A DNA stretch of 61,990 nucleotides from a virus (IMGVR_UViG_3300004461_001625:1-61990), one strand, 5' to 3'; shown: positions 19,191-28,450, numbered from the stretch's first letter. The notes: generated by a model not told the origin, from the sequence alone. Made by a program: numbers and translations.

Positions 19191-20149
19191 ACGCCGTTTA
19201 ATATTGATTGCAGTTCATAAATACAAGCAAGCATTGATACTGCAGGATCAATAACCTGTTGTCTTTGTGATTGATATTTTGCTACTGTAATAATAACCTG
19301 TGGGATAAATTGAATATAGGATTGTCTTTCCTGTTGAATAAATTCTATAAATTCTGCACCTAAAGAAGATAATACATCATCAGTTCTATTAGAATAATTT
19401 GATAACATATATTGATAATTCTTTACTGGATCTTCACCATCTATAACTAAATCATAAATATCTCTATATACAGAACTAAATTGTTTTATATCTTCAACTG
19501 TTATTTTATCTTTTCCTTGAGATTGAAAACCTTGTAACTGATTTAACATATTTCTTAAATCTGGAAATTTTCTTTTAACTAATTCTACAGCTGCATGTTT
19601 ATCAATATCAATTGCTTCATCTTTACAGATTTTTAGAATCCTCATAATGTAATGTTTCATTATTTCAGTTTCTTCATCTTTAGAGAAATCAAAATCAATC
19701 ATTTCAAATCTTGATTGAATTGGATCTGGTACTTTATTAATATAATTACATGTTGCTACAAATCTAGCATTTACAGCAAATTGATCCATTGTAGCTCTTA
19801 ATGCTTTAAAGAACTGATCCGATACACCGTCAATCTCATCAAGTATAATTACTTTCATTTTTCCTGGCTCATCCATTATTGAACGATTGGCACAGAAATC
19901 TGTTATTCTATTTCTTACAATATCAACTGAAGTATCTGTAGAAGCATTAATATAAAGATAAGGGTGTTTAAAATGTTTAACCAATACTTTAGCAGCCGAT
20001 GTTTTTCCAGTACCTGGGCTACCGTGTAATAGTAAATGCTGATAAACGCCTTTGCTTAGTTTCTCACCTACTCTTTTAGGTGTTATTAAATCCTCTAATG
20101 CCTTTGGGCGATATTTTTCAGTAAGTAAAATGTTTTGTATATTCCGCAT
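19187..20149 (-). CDS. clamp loader large subunit (T4 gp44/RFC-like AAA+ ATPase)
   Basis: EKYRP, GSPGTGKTS, ILDEID, PIQSRF, FPDLR; start moved to ATG 20149 because the longer start runs over a promoter and the divergent gene. Confidence 0.93.
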   Translation of the reverse strand: MRNIQNILLTEKYRPKALEDLITPKRVGEKLSKGVYQHLLLHGSPGTGKTSAAKVLVKHFKHPYLYINASTDTSVDIVRNRITDFCANRSIMDEPGKMKVIILDEIDGVSDQFFKALRATMDQFAVNARFVATCNYINKVPDPIQSRFEMIDFDFSKDEETEIMKHYIMRILKICKDEAIDIDKHAAVELVKRKFPDLRNMLNQLQGFQSQGKDKITVEDIKQFSSVYRDIYDLVIDGEDPVKNYQYMLSNYSNRTDDVLSSLGAEFIEFIQQERQSYIQFIPQVIITVAKYQSQRQQVIDPAVSMLACIYELQSILNGV

Positions 20150-20196
20150 GAATTTGTTTATTTTTATATGTAAAAATATAAGATTGTTTACATATA

Positions 20197-20205
20197 GAAT
20201 AAATA
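20197..20205 (+). promoter_or_regulatory. putative late promoter GAATAAATA for the only plus-strand gene
   Basis: Late-class motif 16 nt before ATG 20222, back-to-back with the replication-class promoter at 20164..20190. Confidence 0.5.
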
Positions 20206-20221
20206 TTAAAATAAGAAAGTT

Positions 20222-21016
20222 ATGCAAAAGAGAAGGACTGTTAGAAAAATTATACAGGAACCTAATGCTATTGAATATAAGACTAATATTCAACGTAGAA
20301 ATACAAAAGAAGATAAAAGAAGCCCTTTTGTAAAACCACCATCACACTATGTACCAAAAAATATAGAATTACAAAATGCATCACAGCCTTTAATGACTAA
20401 AATAGTTTATGCCACAGTTCCTAAATTATATGATGGAGAAACTATTTATATTATTGGAGGTGGCCCGTCATTAAAAAACTTTAAATTTGAAAGTTTGCAT
20501 GGCTGTAGAACCATTGCTATTAATAAGGCTATACTTTTTTATCCTGATGCAGATGTTTTATATTGGACCGACGGTAGATTTTATACTTGGTATAAAAATG
20601 AAGTAGATAATTATAAAGGATTAAAATATTCTTTAAAGGGTGGTGCCCAATATACACGAGATATTAATATTCTTAAGAAAGGAGAAGCACATGGCTTGTC
20701 AAAAGATCCTCAAACATTATCTCATGGTTTTAATAGTGGTTATGCAGCTATTAATTTAGCGTATCACCTAGGAGCAAAAAGAATAATACTATTAGGGTTT
20801 GATATGGGTAGTGATGGAACATTAACACATTTTCATGATGGATACCCAAGCAGGTCTACAGGTGAAGCTATTTATAGAGATAGATTTATACCTTCATTTA
20901 ATGAATTAAAGACTGATATTAAAGAACTTAATTTAACTATATTAAATGCATCACCCTATAGTAAGTTAAATGTATTTCCAAAAATTACGTTAGATCAGGC
21001 ATTAAGTTTTAGATGA
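20222..21016 (+). CDS. Maf/DUF115-like (sialyltransferase-fold) putative glycosyltransferase
   Basis: IIGGGPSL, IAINKA, NSGYAAINLAYHLGAKRIILLGFDM, HFH, ILNAS. Confidence 0.6.
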   Translation: MQKRRTVRKIIQEPNAIEYKTNIQRRNTKEDKRSPFVKPPSHYVPKNIELQNASQPLMTKIVYATVPKLYDGETIYIIGGGPSLKNFKFESLHGCRTIAINKAILFYPDADVLYWTDGRFYTWYKNEVDNYKGLKYSLKGGAQYTRDINILKKGEAHGLSKDPQTLSHGFNSGYAAINLAYHLGAKRIILLGFDMGSDGTLTHFHDGYPSRSTGEAIYRDRFIPSFNELKTDIKELNLTILNASPYSKLNVFPKITLDQALSFR

Positions 21017-21493
21017 TCGTTTAGCATAGGACATAAACTCTCTTTGTTCTTTTTTAAGGAGGTGTTTACAGTGTTTAGTAAATCTAATAGATGTATCTAT
21101 AATTCTACCATCTACACTTCTGTTCCGTGAGTTATGGGCTTTAGAACATTTACTACAAACAAAATTCTCCACCTTTTTAGAATCCATTCTAGATTTAATA
21201 GGAACTTTACAAATACCACAATTCCAATCAATAAGATCTGCATCTTTTTCTAATTCTTTAAGTGTGGTAAATGTTTCTCTGAAAGGATTCCAAATAGCTT
21301 TATTAACATTCTTTTCATGGCCATTCATATCCTCTACTTTAAATATAACTTCAAAGGCTTGAGTATCAGACTCTAACCATTTCATATGACGGTTATTTAA
21401 AAGCAATTTTTGTTTTAAAGGTGGTAGATTTTCTAAAAGAATTCCATACCGCCTTTTATACCATCCGAAATTTATTTTTCTAACCTTATACAT
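21002..21493 (-). CDS. hypothetical protein with a C4 zinc-ribbon motif
   Basis: CGIC...CSKC; start taken as MYKVRK to avoid a long overlap with the upstream gene. Confidence 0.6.
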   Translation of the reverse strand: MYKVRKINFGWYKRRYGILLENLPPLKQKLLLNNRHMKWLESDTQAFEVIFKVEDMNGHEKNVNKAIWNPFRETFTTLKELEKDADLIDWNCGICKVPIKSRMDSKKVENFVCSKCSKAHNSRNRSVDGRIIDTSIRFTKHCKHLLKKEQREFMSYAKRSSKT

Positions 21494-21497
21494 TATC

Positions 21498-22562
21498 TTA
21501 AGCAAGTTTTCTAATAGGATGTCTATGTTTATCTTTTGGCCATTCCACAACCCCATCCTTAAAATAATAAACATGAGATCTATTTTCATGTGAAACTAAA
21601 TTTTCAGCTTGATGTAACCATAGATGATAATACTTTTTATAATTACTTAAATGACAAATTTGACTAAACCAATTAACACTACTTAGTCTACCTAAAAGAT
21701 ATTTAGATTTCATAAGTATAAGTAAATCTAAAACAGCATCTTGGTAAAATAATGGATCACGAAATGCGGCTTGTAAACTATTTACTCCTTCTCCTCCTTG
21801 AAATTCTTTTTGAGAAAGATCATTAGAAGATTCATTTAGATATTTACTATCTCGCCATATAAGCTTGTGTTTTTTATTAGAAAATTCTTTTTGTAATGAT
21901 AGTGCGTCTTCTCTGTTATCTGTGGCTACATAAATATAATCTACTTCAGGATTTTCAGAAAGTGCCCGTTTGATAAGTTCTTTATATTTTTTAAATACTT
22001 CACGATTGTAATCTTTAAATAATTTAATTTTACCTTCTTTAGATAAATTACTATCAGAGTCTTTTCTTAGTTTACTTACAGTATTAACATCAGTCATTCT
22101 TAAATGAATTCCTAAAACATTGGTAGAATTATTAAAATTATTCTCATAGAATAAATTTGCATTTTCTATAAGCTCAGGTTTAAATTTTATTTGTTTAGAG
22201 GTTTCACGAGCAAGTTTCATATAGGTAGCTAAATCTTCATAATACGTAACATGAAGATTTGTATATGGTCCTTGAGTATTTTTTTGATCTTGGAATGGAA
22301 TAGGTTCTTGGTCGAGTATAGAATCAAAAAAGTTATGGTGTGATAGCGACATAAATGAAGTAGCACCACCAGTAGCTGTAACTGGTCTAATAGAAAAATA
22401 AGGAACTTCTCTCGGATTATAAAAAGAGTTTAATTGTTTACCATCAATTATCATATTTGCTGTATCTATTGACATTATATTATCTCGTCTCATTAAATAT
22501 TCCATTAATATCATAAAGTGAGAAAATATACCACCTCCACCAGTCCTAATAATTTGCTTCAT
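21498..22562 (-). CDS. NodZ/GT23-like fucosyltransferase-family glycosyltransferase
   Basis: GGGIFS, LGIHLRMTD, IYVATDN, DLLILMKSKYLLGRLSSV. Confidence 0.75.
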   Translation of the reverse strand: MKQIIRTGGGGIFSHFMILMEYLMRRDNIMSIDTANMIIDGKQLNSFYNPREVPYFSIRPVTATGGATSFMSLSHHNFFDSILDQEPIPFQDQKNTQGPYTNLHVTYYEDLATYMKLARETSKQIKFKPELIENANLFYENNFNNSTNVLGIHLRMTDVNTVSKLRKDSDSNLSKEGKIKLFKDYNREVFKKYKELIKRALSENPEVDYIYVATDNREDALSLQKEFSNKKHKLIWRDSKYLNESSNDLSQKEFQGGEGVNSLQAAFRDPLFYQDAVLDLLILMKSKYLLGRLSSVNWFSQICHLSNYKKYYHLWLHQAENLVSHENRSHVYYFKDGVVEWPKDKHRHPIRKLA

Positions 22563-22570
22563 AATTGTTA

Positions 22571-23239
22571 TTATAAATTATTCCAGTGATTAAGAATATG
22601 TTTTAATTCTGTATTGGCTAATTCTACTTGAGAAGGTGTCCATACAGATTCCCACGTACTTAAACCGTTACCTACATGATTTCCATGAATATGTGTTCCA
22701 TCTTCCCATGAATGAAAATCTTTATATTTTGATTGTATAGATTTTATTGATTCTTTAGAATATTCCTTTTTAATTAAATCTCTAATTTCATTATTAATTT
22801 TACCATTAAAAGATTTTTCTAAAATATTAAATAAGTAATCAAAATCTTCATGCCAATTTTCATATTTTAAAACTATTTTATTTTCATTTTCATTTTCACA
22901 TTGAATAATATCCCAATAAGTTGGAATTATCCATTGACGAGATATAAATTTAATTCTTGATTCAACACTTATTAATGGCTCATTTCGATTATTAAAATCA
23001 TCTTCATATAATCTTATAAATGAAATGACTACATCCCTCGGATCTCGCCATGTAGTAATTAAATAAGAATCTTTATTAGATATCTTTTCCCAAGAATGCG
23101 CACCTTTACCAGGTGTTATATCATAGCGATAATCCCAATCCTTAAAACATCTATATTCATTAAATAATTTATTAAGAATTAATCGAAGAACAGTAGTTCC
23201 AGATCTCATCATACTTTTTTGTATTAAGGTTCTTTTCAT
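22571..23239 (-). CDS. PAPS-dependent sulfotransferase
   Basis: 5'-PSB MRSGTTVL, 3'-PB RDPRDVVIS, LKYE. Confidence 0.8.
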   Translation of the reverse strand: MKRTLIQKSMMRSGTTVLRLILNKLFNEYRCFKDWDYRYDITPGKGAHSWEKISNKDSYLITTWRDPRDVVISFIRLYEDDFNNRNEPLISVESRIKFISRQWIIPTYWDIIQCENENENKIVLKYENWHEDFDYLFNILEKSFNGKINNEIRDLIKKEYSKESIKSIQSKYKDFHSWEDGTHIHGNHVGNGLSTWESVWTPSQVELANTELKHILNHWNNL

Positions 23240-23265
23240 TATAATTTATTAAAAGGTTATAAATA

Positions 23266-23294
23266 ACAAAAGAGCTAAAGTAGCCCTTTTTTGT
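23266..23294 (-). terminator. hairpin, possible terminator, downstream of the Cys-rich micro-ORF
   Basis: AAAAGGGCTA-CTT-TAGCTCTTTT-GT on the minus strand. Confidence 0.5.
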
Positions 23295-23318
23295 TATATA
23301 CATTATTTTAGAGTTTGT

Positions 23319-23384
23319 TTAACAGTTACAACATGTACAATCACATGATGAACCACAGTTACATACTTTACAATCGCATTTCAT
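23319..23384 (-). CDS. metallothionein-like micro-protein MKCDCKVCNCGSSCDCTCCNC (21 aa, 9 Cys; not in the ORF track)
   Basis: ATG..TAA frame made of CxC/CC motifs, 14 nt after the previous stop, A/T-rich leader like other genes here. Confidence 0.7.
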   Translation of the reverse strand: MKCDCKVCNCGSSCDCTCCNC

Positions 23385-23398
23385 ATTAATAATTATTT

Positions 23399-24604
23399 TT
23401 ACAGGGTTTTTCTTAATCTTGCAAATTTCTGAGAAACAGATTCAGCTACATAATCAAAAGATTCTGGTATTTTACCTTTAGTTGCTTTAACATCTGAAAA
23501 CATGTATTCTCGCATTTTATCTTTTCTTGCATCAGCTAATGAATTTTCCCACCCGTTAATAGTATCTTCTATATCTCTTTTCATTACTCTTTTCATCTTA
23601 AGTCTTTTCAGAGCTAATGTTTTAAGTTCTTTTTCATCAGGTGCCTGGATACCTTTACGAATACCTTTTCTAATATCATCTAATAACATATTAGTAAGTT
23701 GATCGGCGGTATACATACCTTCATTAACAGCATTAGCCTCAGATTCAAATACAGACAATTCAGATTCTATAATAGCAACATATTTATCATCTAAGAAAGA
23801 TTCCCATGATTCTGCTTGTAAGCTATCTATTTTTTGTTGATATTTTTTTTTCTTTTCTTCGTCATCGGTTTTATCTAAAAGGTCTTGGTATCTTTTAAGT
23901 TTTCCTTCTTTACTATTTTTAGCCTTTTGTTCAGGTGTTAGTTCAGTTTGACCAGTTTGTTTAGTATCATCTGTCTTTGGTTTTTCCTCTGTCTTTGGTT
24001 TTTCCTCTGCTGCTGGAGTTTTCTCTGCTGCTGGAGTTTTCTCTGCTGCTGGAGTATCATCTGTCTTTGGTTTACCATCTGTCTTTGGCTTACCTTCTCC
24101 TGCATCAAATGCAGGACCGTCATCTCCTTTTTTCTTTTCAGTTGATTCATAATCTGCTAATGCCTTTTGTTGGCCTGCAGCATCTGTTGCTAATTCCTTT
24201 TGTTTAATCTTTAATTGTTTAGCTTCTTCTCCAGTTGCAGCCTTAAGAGCAATTTGATTAGCAGCCAATGAAGCTTTAGTTTTGGCTAATTGAGCAACTC
24301 TTTTTAAACCTGTAGTTGTAGCAAGATCAGACATTCTTTGTGCTACATTTGATGCTGCATCTTTTAGTGCAGCATTTTTAGCTTTATTTGCTTGATTTAA
24401 AACTTCAATCTTTTCTTTAGGTAAATCAGCAGCTTTACCCTTTTCTTTTCTCTTTGCAAAATCTACATCATTAAGTGCTTGTGCTACTTTAGCTTTTTGA
24501 TATTTCTTTGCATTGTTTTTAATTTTTTTCCACTTAATTGGATTCTTAACGGCATCTATTAATGCTTCGTTAACAAATTCACTATATGTCTTTAATTTTG
24601 CCAT
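23399..24604 (-). CDS. Lys/Ala/Glu-rich protein, probable internal head protein
   Basis: Downstream of the capsid gene with a late-class motif; N-terminal KTYSEFVNE; coiled coil plus low-complexity repeats. Confidence 0.5.
   Translation of the reverse strand: MAKLKTYSEFVNEALIDAVKNPIKWKKIKNNAKKYQKAKVAQALNDVDFAKRKEKGKAADLPKEKIEVLNQANKAKNAALKDAASNVAQRMSDLATTTGLKRVAQLAKTKASLAANQIALKAATGEEAKQLKIKQKELATDAAGQQKALADYESTEKKKGDDGPAFDAGEGKPKTDGKPKTDDTPAAEKTPAAEKTPAAEEKPKTEEKPKTDDTKQTGQTELTPEQKAKNSKEGKLKRYQDLLDKTDDEEKKKKYQQKIDSLQAESWESFLDDKYVAIIESELSVFESEANAVNEGMYTADQLTNMLLDDIRKGIRKGIQAPDEKELKTLALKRLKMKRVMKRDIEDTINGWENSLADARKDKMREYMFSDVKATKGKIPESFDYVAESVSQKFARLRKTL
23965..24095 (-). repeat. 18-nt period tandem repeats encoding TPAAEK x3 flanked by KPKT(D/E) units
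   Basis: ctctgctgctggagt at 24005, 24023 and 24041; ctgtctttgg at 23971, 23989, 24061 and 24079. Confidence 0.9.
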
Positions 24605-24629
24605 GATCTATTATTGTTTTTAATTTTTT

Positions 24630-24638
24630 TATATATTA
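24630..24638 (-). promoter_or_regulatory. putative late promoter TAATATATA
   Basis: Late-class motif just after the capsid terminator. Confidence 0.55.
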
Positions 24639-24651
24639 GAGATGTAAGAAC

Positions 24652-24678
24652 AAAAAAGCCACCCCGAAGAGTGGCTTT
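24652..24678 (-). terminator. intrinsic terminator after the major capsid gene (UUCG loop)
   Basis: GCCACTC-TTCG-GGGTGGC-TTTTTT on the minus strand. Confidence 0.9.
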
Positions 24679-24706
24679 CTATATAAAGATATTACTTTGA
24701 TATAAA

Positions 24707-26629
24707 TTATATCAGAGAAGCACCAGCATTAAAGTTGAAGCCCATTGTGTAATACATTAATTCTGGATTAAATCCTGCATCTACTAAAGCAAATCTAGAC
24801 TTAATAGCGATTTTCGGCGCCATTGTTCCTTCTGCGATAGTTTCTACAGATTCAGCCATTAAGTATGGCATAAATACTAATCCTGGAGAATTACCATCAC
24901 CTTTACGTCCTACACAAATTGTATAGTCATTAAAAGCTCTGTTAGGATCTACATAAATTGTTACCCCAGCAATTGCACCGATTGGATATAAAGATCCACC
25001 AGCTTGGTTAACTGTATTAGATAACGGATATGCAATAAATCCAGCCACAGATTGAAGAGCAGTTGCCATTTCTCCACCTGTTACTGCAAACGTTGCAGGT
25101 CCTCTTCTTCCTCTAGTAGCAATTAAGTTACTTGCAGCAAGAATTTTAGTATAGATTCTACGTTGTACATCACCTTGAGTTGAACCACCCTGAGCAACAG
25201 ATGTAAACTGAGCAATTGCTTGCGCCTGGTTTGCATTAGTTGTATTGTTTGGTCCTAAGTTGACAGCAACACCAGCACCAGCACCTACAGCAGTAGTAAA
25301 TGATGCAGATAATGTAGTAGCGTTAATACCAAAGATATTTACAGCGTTAGTTGTTCCATTTCTGAAAATTCTGTCTAGGATGTATTTATTGATAGATTGA
25401 GTTAACTCATTTACCAATACAGCCTCAACTTGAGCAACAGCATCAATTCCGAATTGCTTCAGATCTTGAACTTGTTCTCTAGTCACAGCAGCAGCAACTT
25501 GGAAAGTTTCAGCAGCTACAGACTTGTTGAATAAGCTTAGTCCCATGATGTTATCAACAGTAGATTCACCTACACCTCTTTGGTAAGGATCGTTTCCGTT
25601 AATATTCTCAGTTCCAAAAGCAGGGAAGCCAGTTGCAGGGTCGTTAGTTGGTTGGAAAGCATTACCAGAAAAACCAGTAATATGATCTTCCAAAGCTTTA
25701 ACTAAACCTAAACTTGGAGCAGCAGCACATGATGCCATTACAGTAATAGTTGCACCAGCACCCATATCGGTTGCAGCAGAACCAGCTCTTACTGATGTAG
25801 CTAAAGCTCTTGCTAATCCATAAAGCTTACATGTTGCAGAACCAGCTACAGCAGCAGCAGGTTGAGCTACAATTGAATTATAGATTGTTGATGCAGCTAA
25901 TTCAGAACCTTGAGCATAATTAGATCCAACGTTAGTTGAAGTTGCTCCTAAGTTTGTATTAGCAGTTGTTAAACCTTGTGCAGTATTGTTAGCTCTAACT
26001 CTGAATATTTGTAAACCATCGATTCTTGATACACCTACAAAAGTAAGTTCATAAGAAGCAAAAGCTAAATTCGCAGCTACTGGAGTTAACGCAGTTGATG
26101 ATGAGTTGTATTGATCAGCATATAATACATCATTTACTAAGAAAGCAGTTCCATCATTATTAGTTGCACTAAATTTAATTAGTAATGGAGCAGCAGATGT
26201 ATCTAAAGCGCCGTTAACAGGAGCTCCTGATCCTCTACCTCCACCGTATACAAAGTCTAGGTAAGTTAAAACTCCCATTGGGCCTTGCATTGGTACTACA
26301 GGTACTAAGTCTAAACCTACAGTCTGAGCAGCTACTTGCATTGCAAGTGGTAGCAAAGAAAAAGGTCTGTCACCAGATCCAGTAGCTTGTGCTGGGAAAG
26401 CATTCATTGATCCAGGGTTTCCTGGCAATGTTACGTTCCCCATACTTTGAACATTCATGTTCGGGTTAAGGTGTACAGTATTGTAAACACTCTCATTAAG
26501 ATTATGGTAATGGCAGTACTTAGACATCCAAGATAACTTAGACTTTTCAGTAATTCCAGTACTTTCCTCAATAACAGGTCCCCAAGTCTTTTGAACCTCA
26601 GCCTCGTTGATTAATTGATTTGCGTACAT
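24707..26629 (-). CDS. major capsid protein (T4 gp23-like)
   Basis: DLVPVVPMQGPMG, EQVQDLK, VNELTQSINKYI, IATRGRRG, GLVFMPY, MAPKIAIKSRFAL. Confidence 0.92.
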   Translation of the reverse strand: MYANQLINEAEVQKTWGPVIEESTGITEKSKLSWMSKYCHYHNLNESVYNTVHLNPNMNVQSMGNVTLPGNPGSMNAFPAQATGSGDRPFSLLPLAMQVAAQTVGLDLVPVVPMQGPMGVLTYLDFVYGGGRGSGAPVNGALDTSAAPLLIKFSATNNDGTAFLVNDVLYADQYNSSSTALTPVAANLAFASYELTFVGVSRIDGLQIFRVRANNTAQGLTTANTNLGATSTNVGSNYAQGSELAASTIYNSIVAQPAAAVAGSATCKLYGLARALATSVRAGSAATDMGAGATITVMASCAAAPSLGLVKALEDHITGFSGNAFQPTNDPATGFPAFGTENINGNDPYQRGVGESTVDNIMGLSLFNKSVAAETFQVAAAVTREQVQDLKQFGIDAVAQVEAVLVNELTQSINKYILDRIFRNGTTNAVNIFGINATTLSASFTTAVGAGAGVAVNLGPNNTTNANQAQAIAQFTSVAQGGSTQGDVQRRIYTKILAASNLIATRGRRGPATFAVTGGEMATALQSVAGFIAYPLSNTVNQAGGSLYPIGAIAGVTIYVDPNRAFNDYTICVGRKGDGNSPGLVFMPYLMAESVETIAEGTMAPKIAIKSRFALVDAGFNPELMYYTMGFNFNAGASLI

Positions 26630-26737
26630 TTTTTAAAATTATTTTTCGCATTTTGTGGAATACTATTAATATTCCGTTTTTAATCGCCTGAGTCCTTTTC
26701 TTCTTGACTATTCGATTATATTGTTTAGATTAAATGA

Positions 26738-28450
26738 TTATCTATTTAATCTGAATTTCATTTTTTGAATTAAATCTGCTTGGTAGCTTTCATTTAATAA
26801 TGGCTCAGATTTTTCCTGAGCAGCTTCAGCAGCAGTTTTACTTTCGTTCAGAGTTTCTAAATTCATTTGAGTATCTCTAAGATCTCTTGTTTGCCAAAAG
26901 TTATTAATGGCATAAGGAGTACTTAACGAATGGAATTTAGATTCTGATATGATTTGTTCTTTTCTATTTTCAGAAAGAGCATTCCATTTATCAGAATACT
27001 TTGATGGCATATCATCAATAAAGTTAATTGCCTTTCTTTCTACTATAAAACATGATTCCCAAACATTCTCAGCTTGCACAGTTGACATGATAGAATCTTT
27101 ATTCATTGATTCAACTATTAAACCTCTTTTGTCTTCAGATAAAGAATCAAATTCATTCTTTTTAGATTCTGATAAGAAGTTCATAAAGTGCATTTCAGAT
27201 AGATTCTTAGTTTCTGCTTTAGAAATTAAGTTTGCTAATTTTTCGCTAATAGTATCTTTATAAGATTTCTTCTCTTCTTTAATTTCAACTGATTCATTAA
27301 TAGCTTCTTCAATTACTGGATCAGATGATTCTTCATTAATTGATTCAGTAGCTACAGCAGCTACATTTTCTGCAATGTATTCAGAATATTTAATACTCTT
27401 ATCTACATTTTCTCCAAGATATTCAGAGTAAGCAATATTTTGATCAACCTTTTCAGCAACATATTCAGAATACTTAATTCCTTTATCCAAGCTTTCACCT
27501 AAATAATTAGAATATGCAATTCCTTTATCTGCCTGTTCAGCAACATGCTCAGTATATTGAATAGAACTGTCTAGTTCTTCTCCTAAGTAAGAAGCATAAT
27601 TTTTAATTTTGTCGATGTTCTCTGCTAAGTAGTCAGAGTGAGATATGCTCTTGTCTAGATTTTCTGATAAGTATTCAGTATAATCAGTAACCTGATTTAC
27701 TTTCTCTGCAATATGCTCAGTATATTTAACTAGCTTTTCAATTAACTCATCGTTATTAGAATTTGCAGATTCCTTAACACTGTCTAATGTATTCTTTACA
27801 TATTCAGTGTACTTATTAAAATCGTCAACAGTTACAAATTTGTCTGATGTATTTTCCATTGTTAGATCTGTTTTATTTGTTTTATTTATTTCATCTTCAG
27901 TTTCTGCCATTTCATAAATGTATAAACCTTCAGTATCTCCAAAACCATAAGATTCATTTACTTTTGATAATTCAGCATTTTCAAATCCAGGATCTGCAAC
28001 TAAATCATACGTGAAGAATTTTTTAATTTTAACCTTTCCAGCTTCATCAACTGTTCCAGCTGCTCTGCTTGAAATATGTAATGGAATACCATCTTCTATT
28101 AATGCCTGAGCTTCTTTACCTTTTGAAGTATTTAATAATCTTATTCTTCCTAGAACTTGTTTCTTGTCCTTATCATATTCTAAATCTTCAATAACATGAG
28201 AAACGTTTGATAGGCTAATATCAAAATCTTTTGGGTGATCAAGTTCACCTAACAATTTGTTAGTTTTAACTTTTTCCTTTAATTCATTAATATGAGGAAG
28301 TACTTCAGCTTCTTCATAAATTCTATTATTTTTATTCTTTACTCCAATCTCAGTAAATACACCTTCAAGGACAACAGAGCCATCGGCATCCTTTGTCATA
28401 CTTAAATTAGACTTAGATCTTTCTAGAATTAAAAGTTTCTTATTTGACAT
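26738..28450 (-). CDS. prohead protease (gp21-like) fused to a scaffold-like region
   Basis: LEGVF, NKNNRIY, LGELDHP, ISSRAAG, TYDLVADPGF, followed by about 390 aa of acidic helical repeats. Confidence 0.9.
   Translation of the reverse strand: MSNKKLLILERSKSNLSMTKDADGSVVLEGVFTEIGVKNKNNRIYEEAEVLPHINELKEKVKTNKLLGELDHPKDFDISLSNVSHVIEDLEYDKDKKQVLGRIRLLNTSKGKEAQALIEDGIPLHISSRAAGTVDEAGKVKIKKFFTYDLVADPGFENAELSKVNESYGFGDTEGLYIYEMAETEDEINKTNKTDLTMENTSDKFVTVDDFNKYTEYVKNTLDSVKESANSNNDELIEKLVKYTEHIAEKVNQVTDYTEYLSENLDKSISHSDYLAENIDKIKNYASYLGEELDSSIQYTEHVAEQADKGIAYSNYLGESLDKGIKYSEYVAEKVDQNIAYSEYLGENVDKSIKYSEYIAENVAAVATESINEESSDPVIEEAINESVEIKEEKKSYKDTISEKLANLISKAETKNLSEMHFMNFLSESKKNEFDSLSEDKRGLIVESMNKDSIMSTVQAENVWESCFIVERKAINFIDDMPSKYSDKWNALSENRKEQIISESKFHSLSTPYAINNFWQTRDLRDTQMNLETLNESKTAAEAAQEKSEPLLNESYQADLIQKMKFRLNR
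27365..27723 (-). repeat. about 9 tandem 14-aa repeats (Y-S/T-E-Y-L/V/I-A/G-E-x-x-D-x-x-I-x)
   Basis: YTEHIAEKVNQVTD/YTEYLSENLDKSIS/.../YSEYLGENVDKSIK/YSEYIAEN. Confidence 0.85.

Noticed and set aside
20150-20293. 48-aa N-terminal extension of the clamp loader in the ORF track
   Set aside because: It overlaps the divergent gene and both promoters; family similarity begins at MRNIQNILLTEKYRP
23965-24095. Possible mini CRISPR array
   Set aside because: The repeats have an 18-nt period, are in frame and coding, and have no unique spacers; no cas genes were seen
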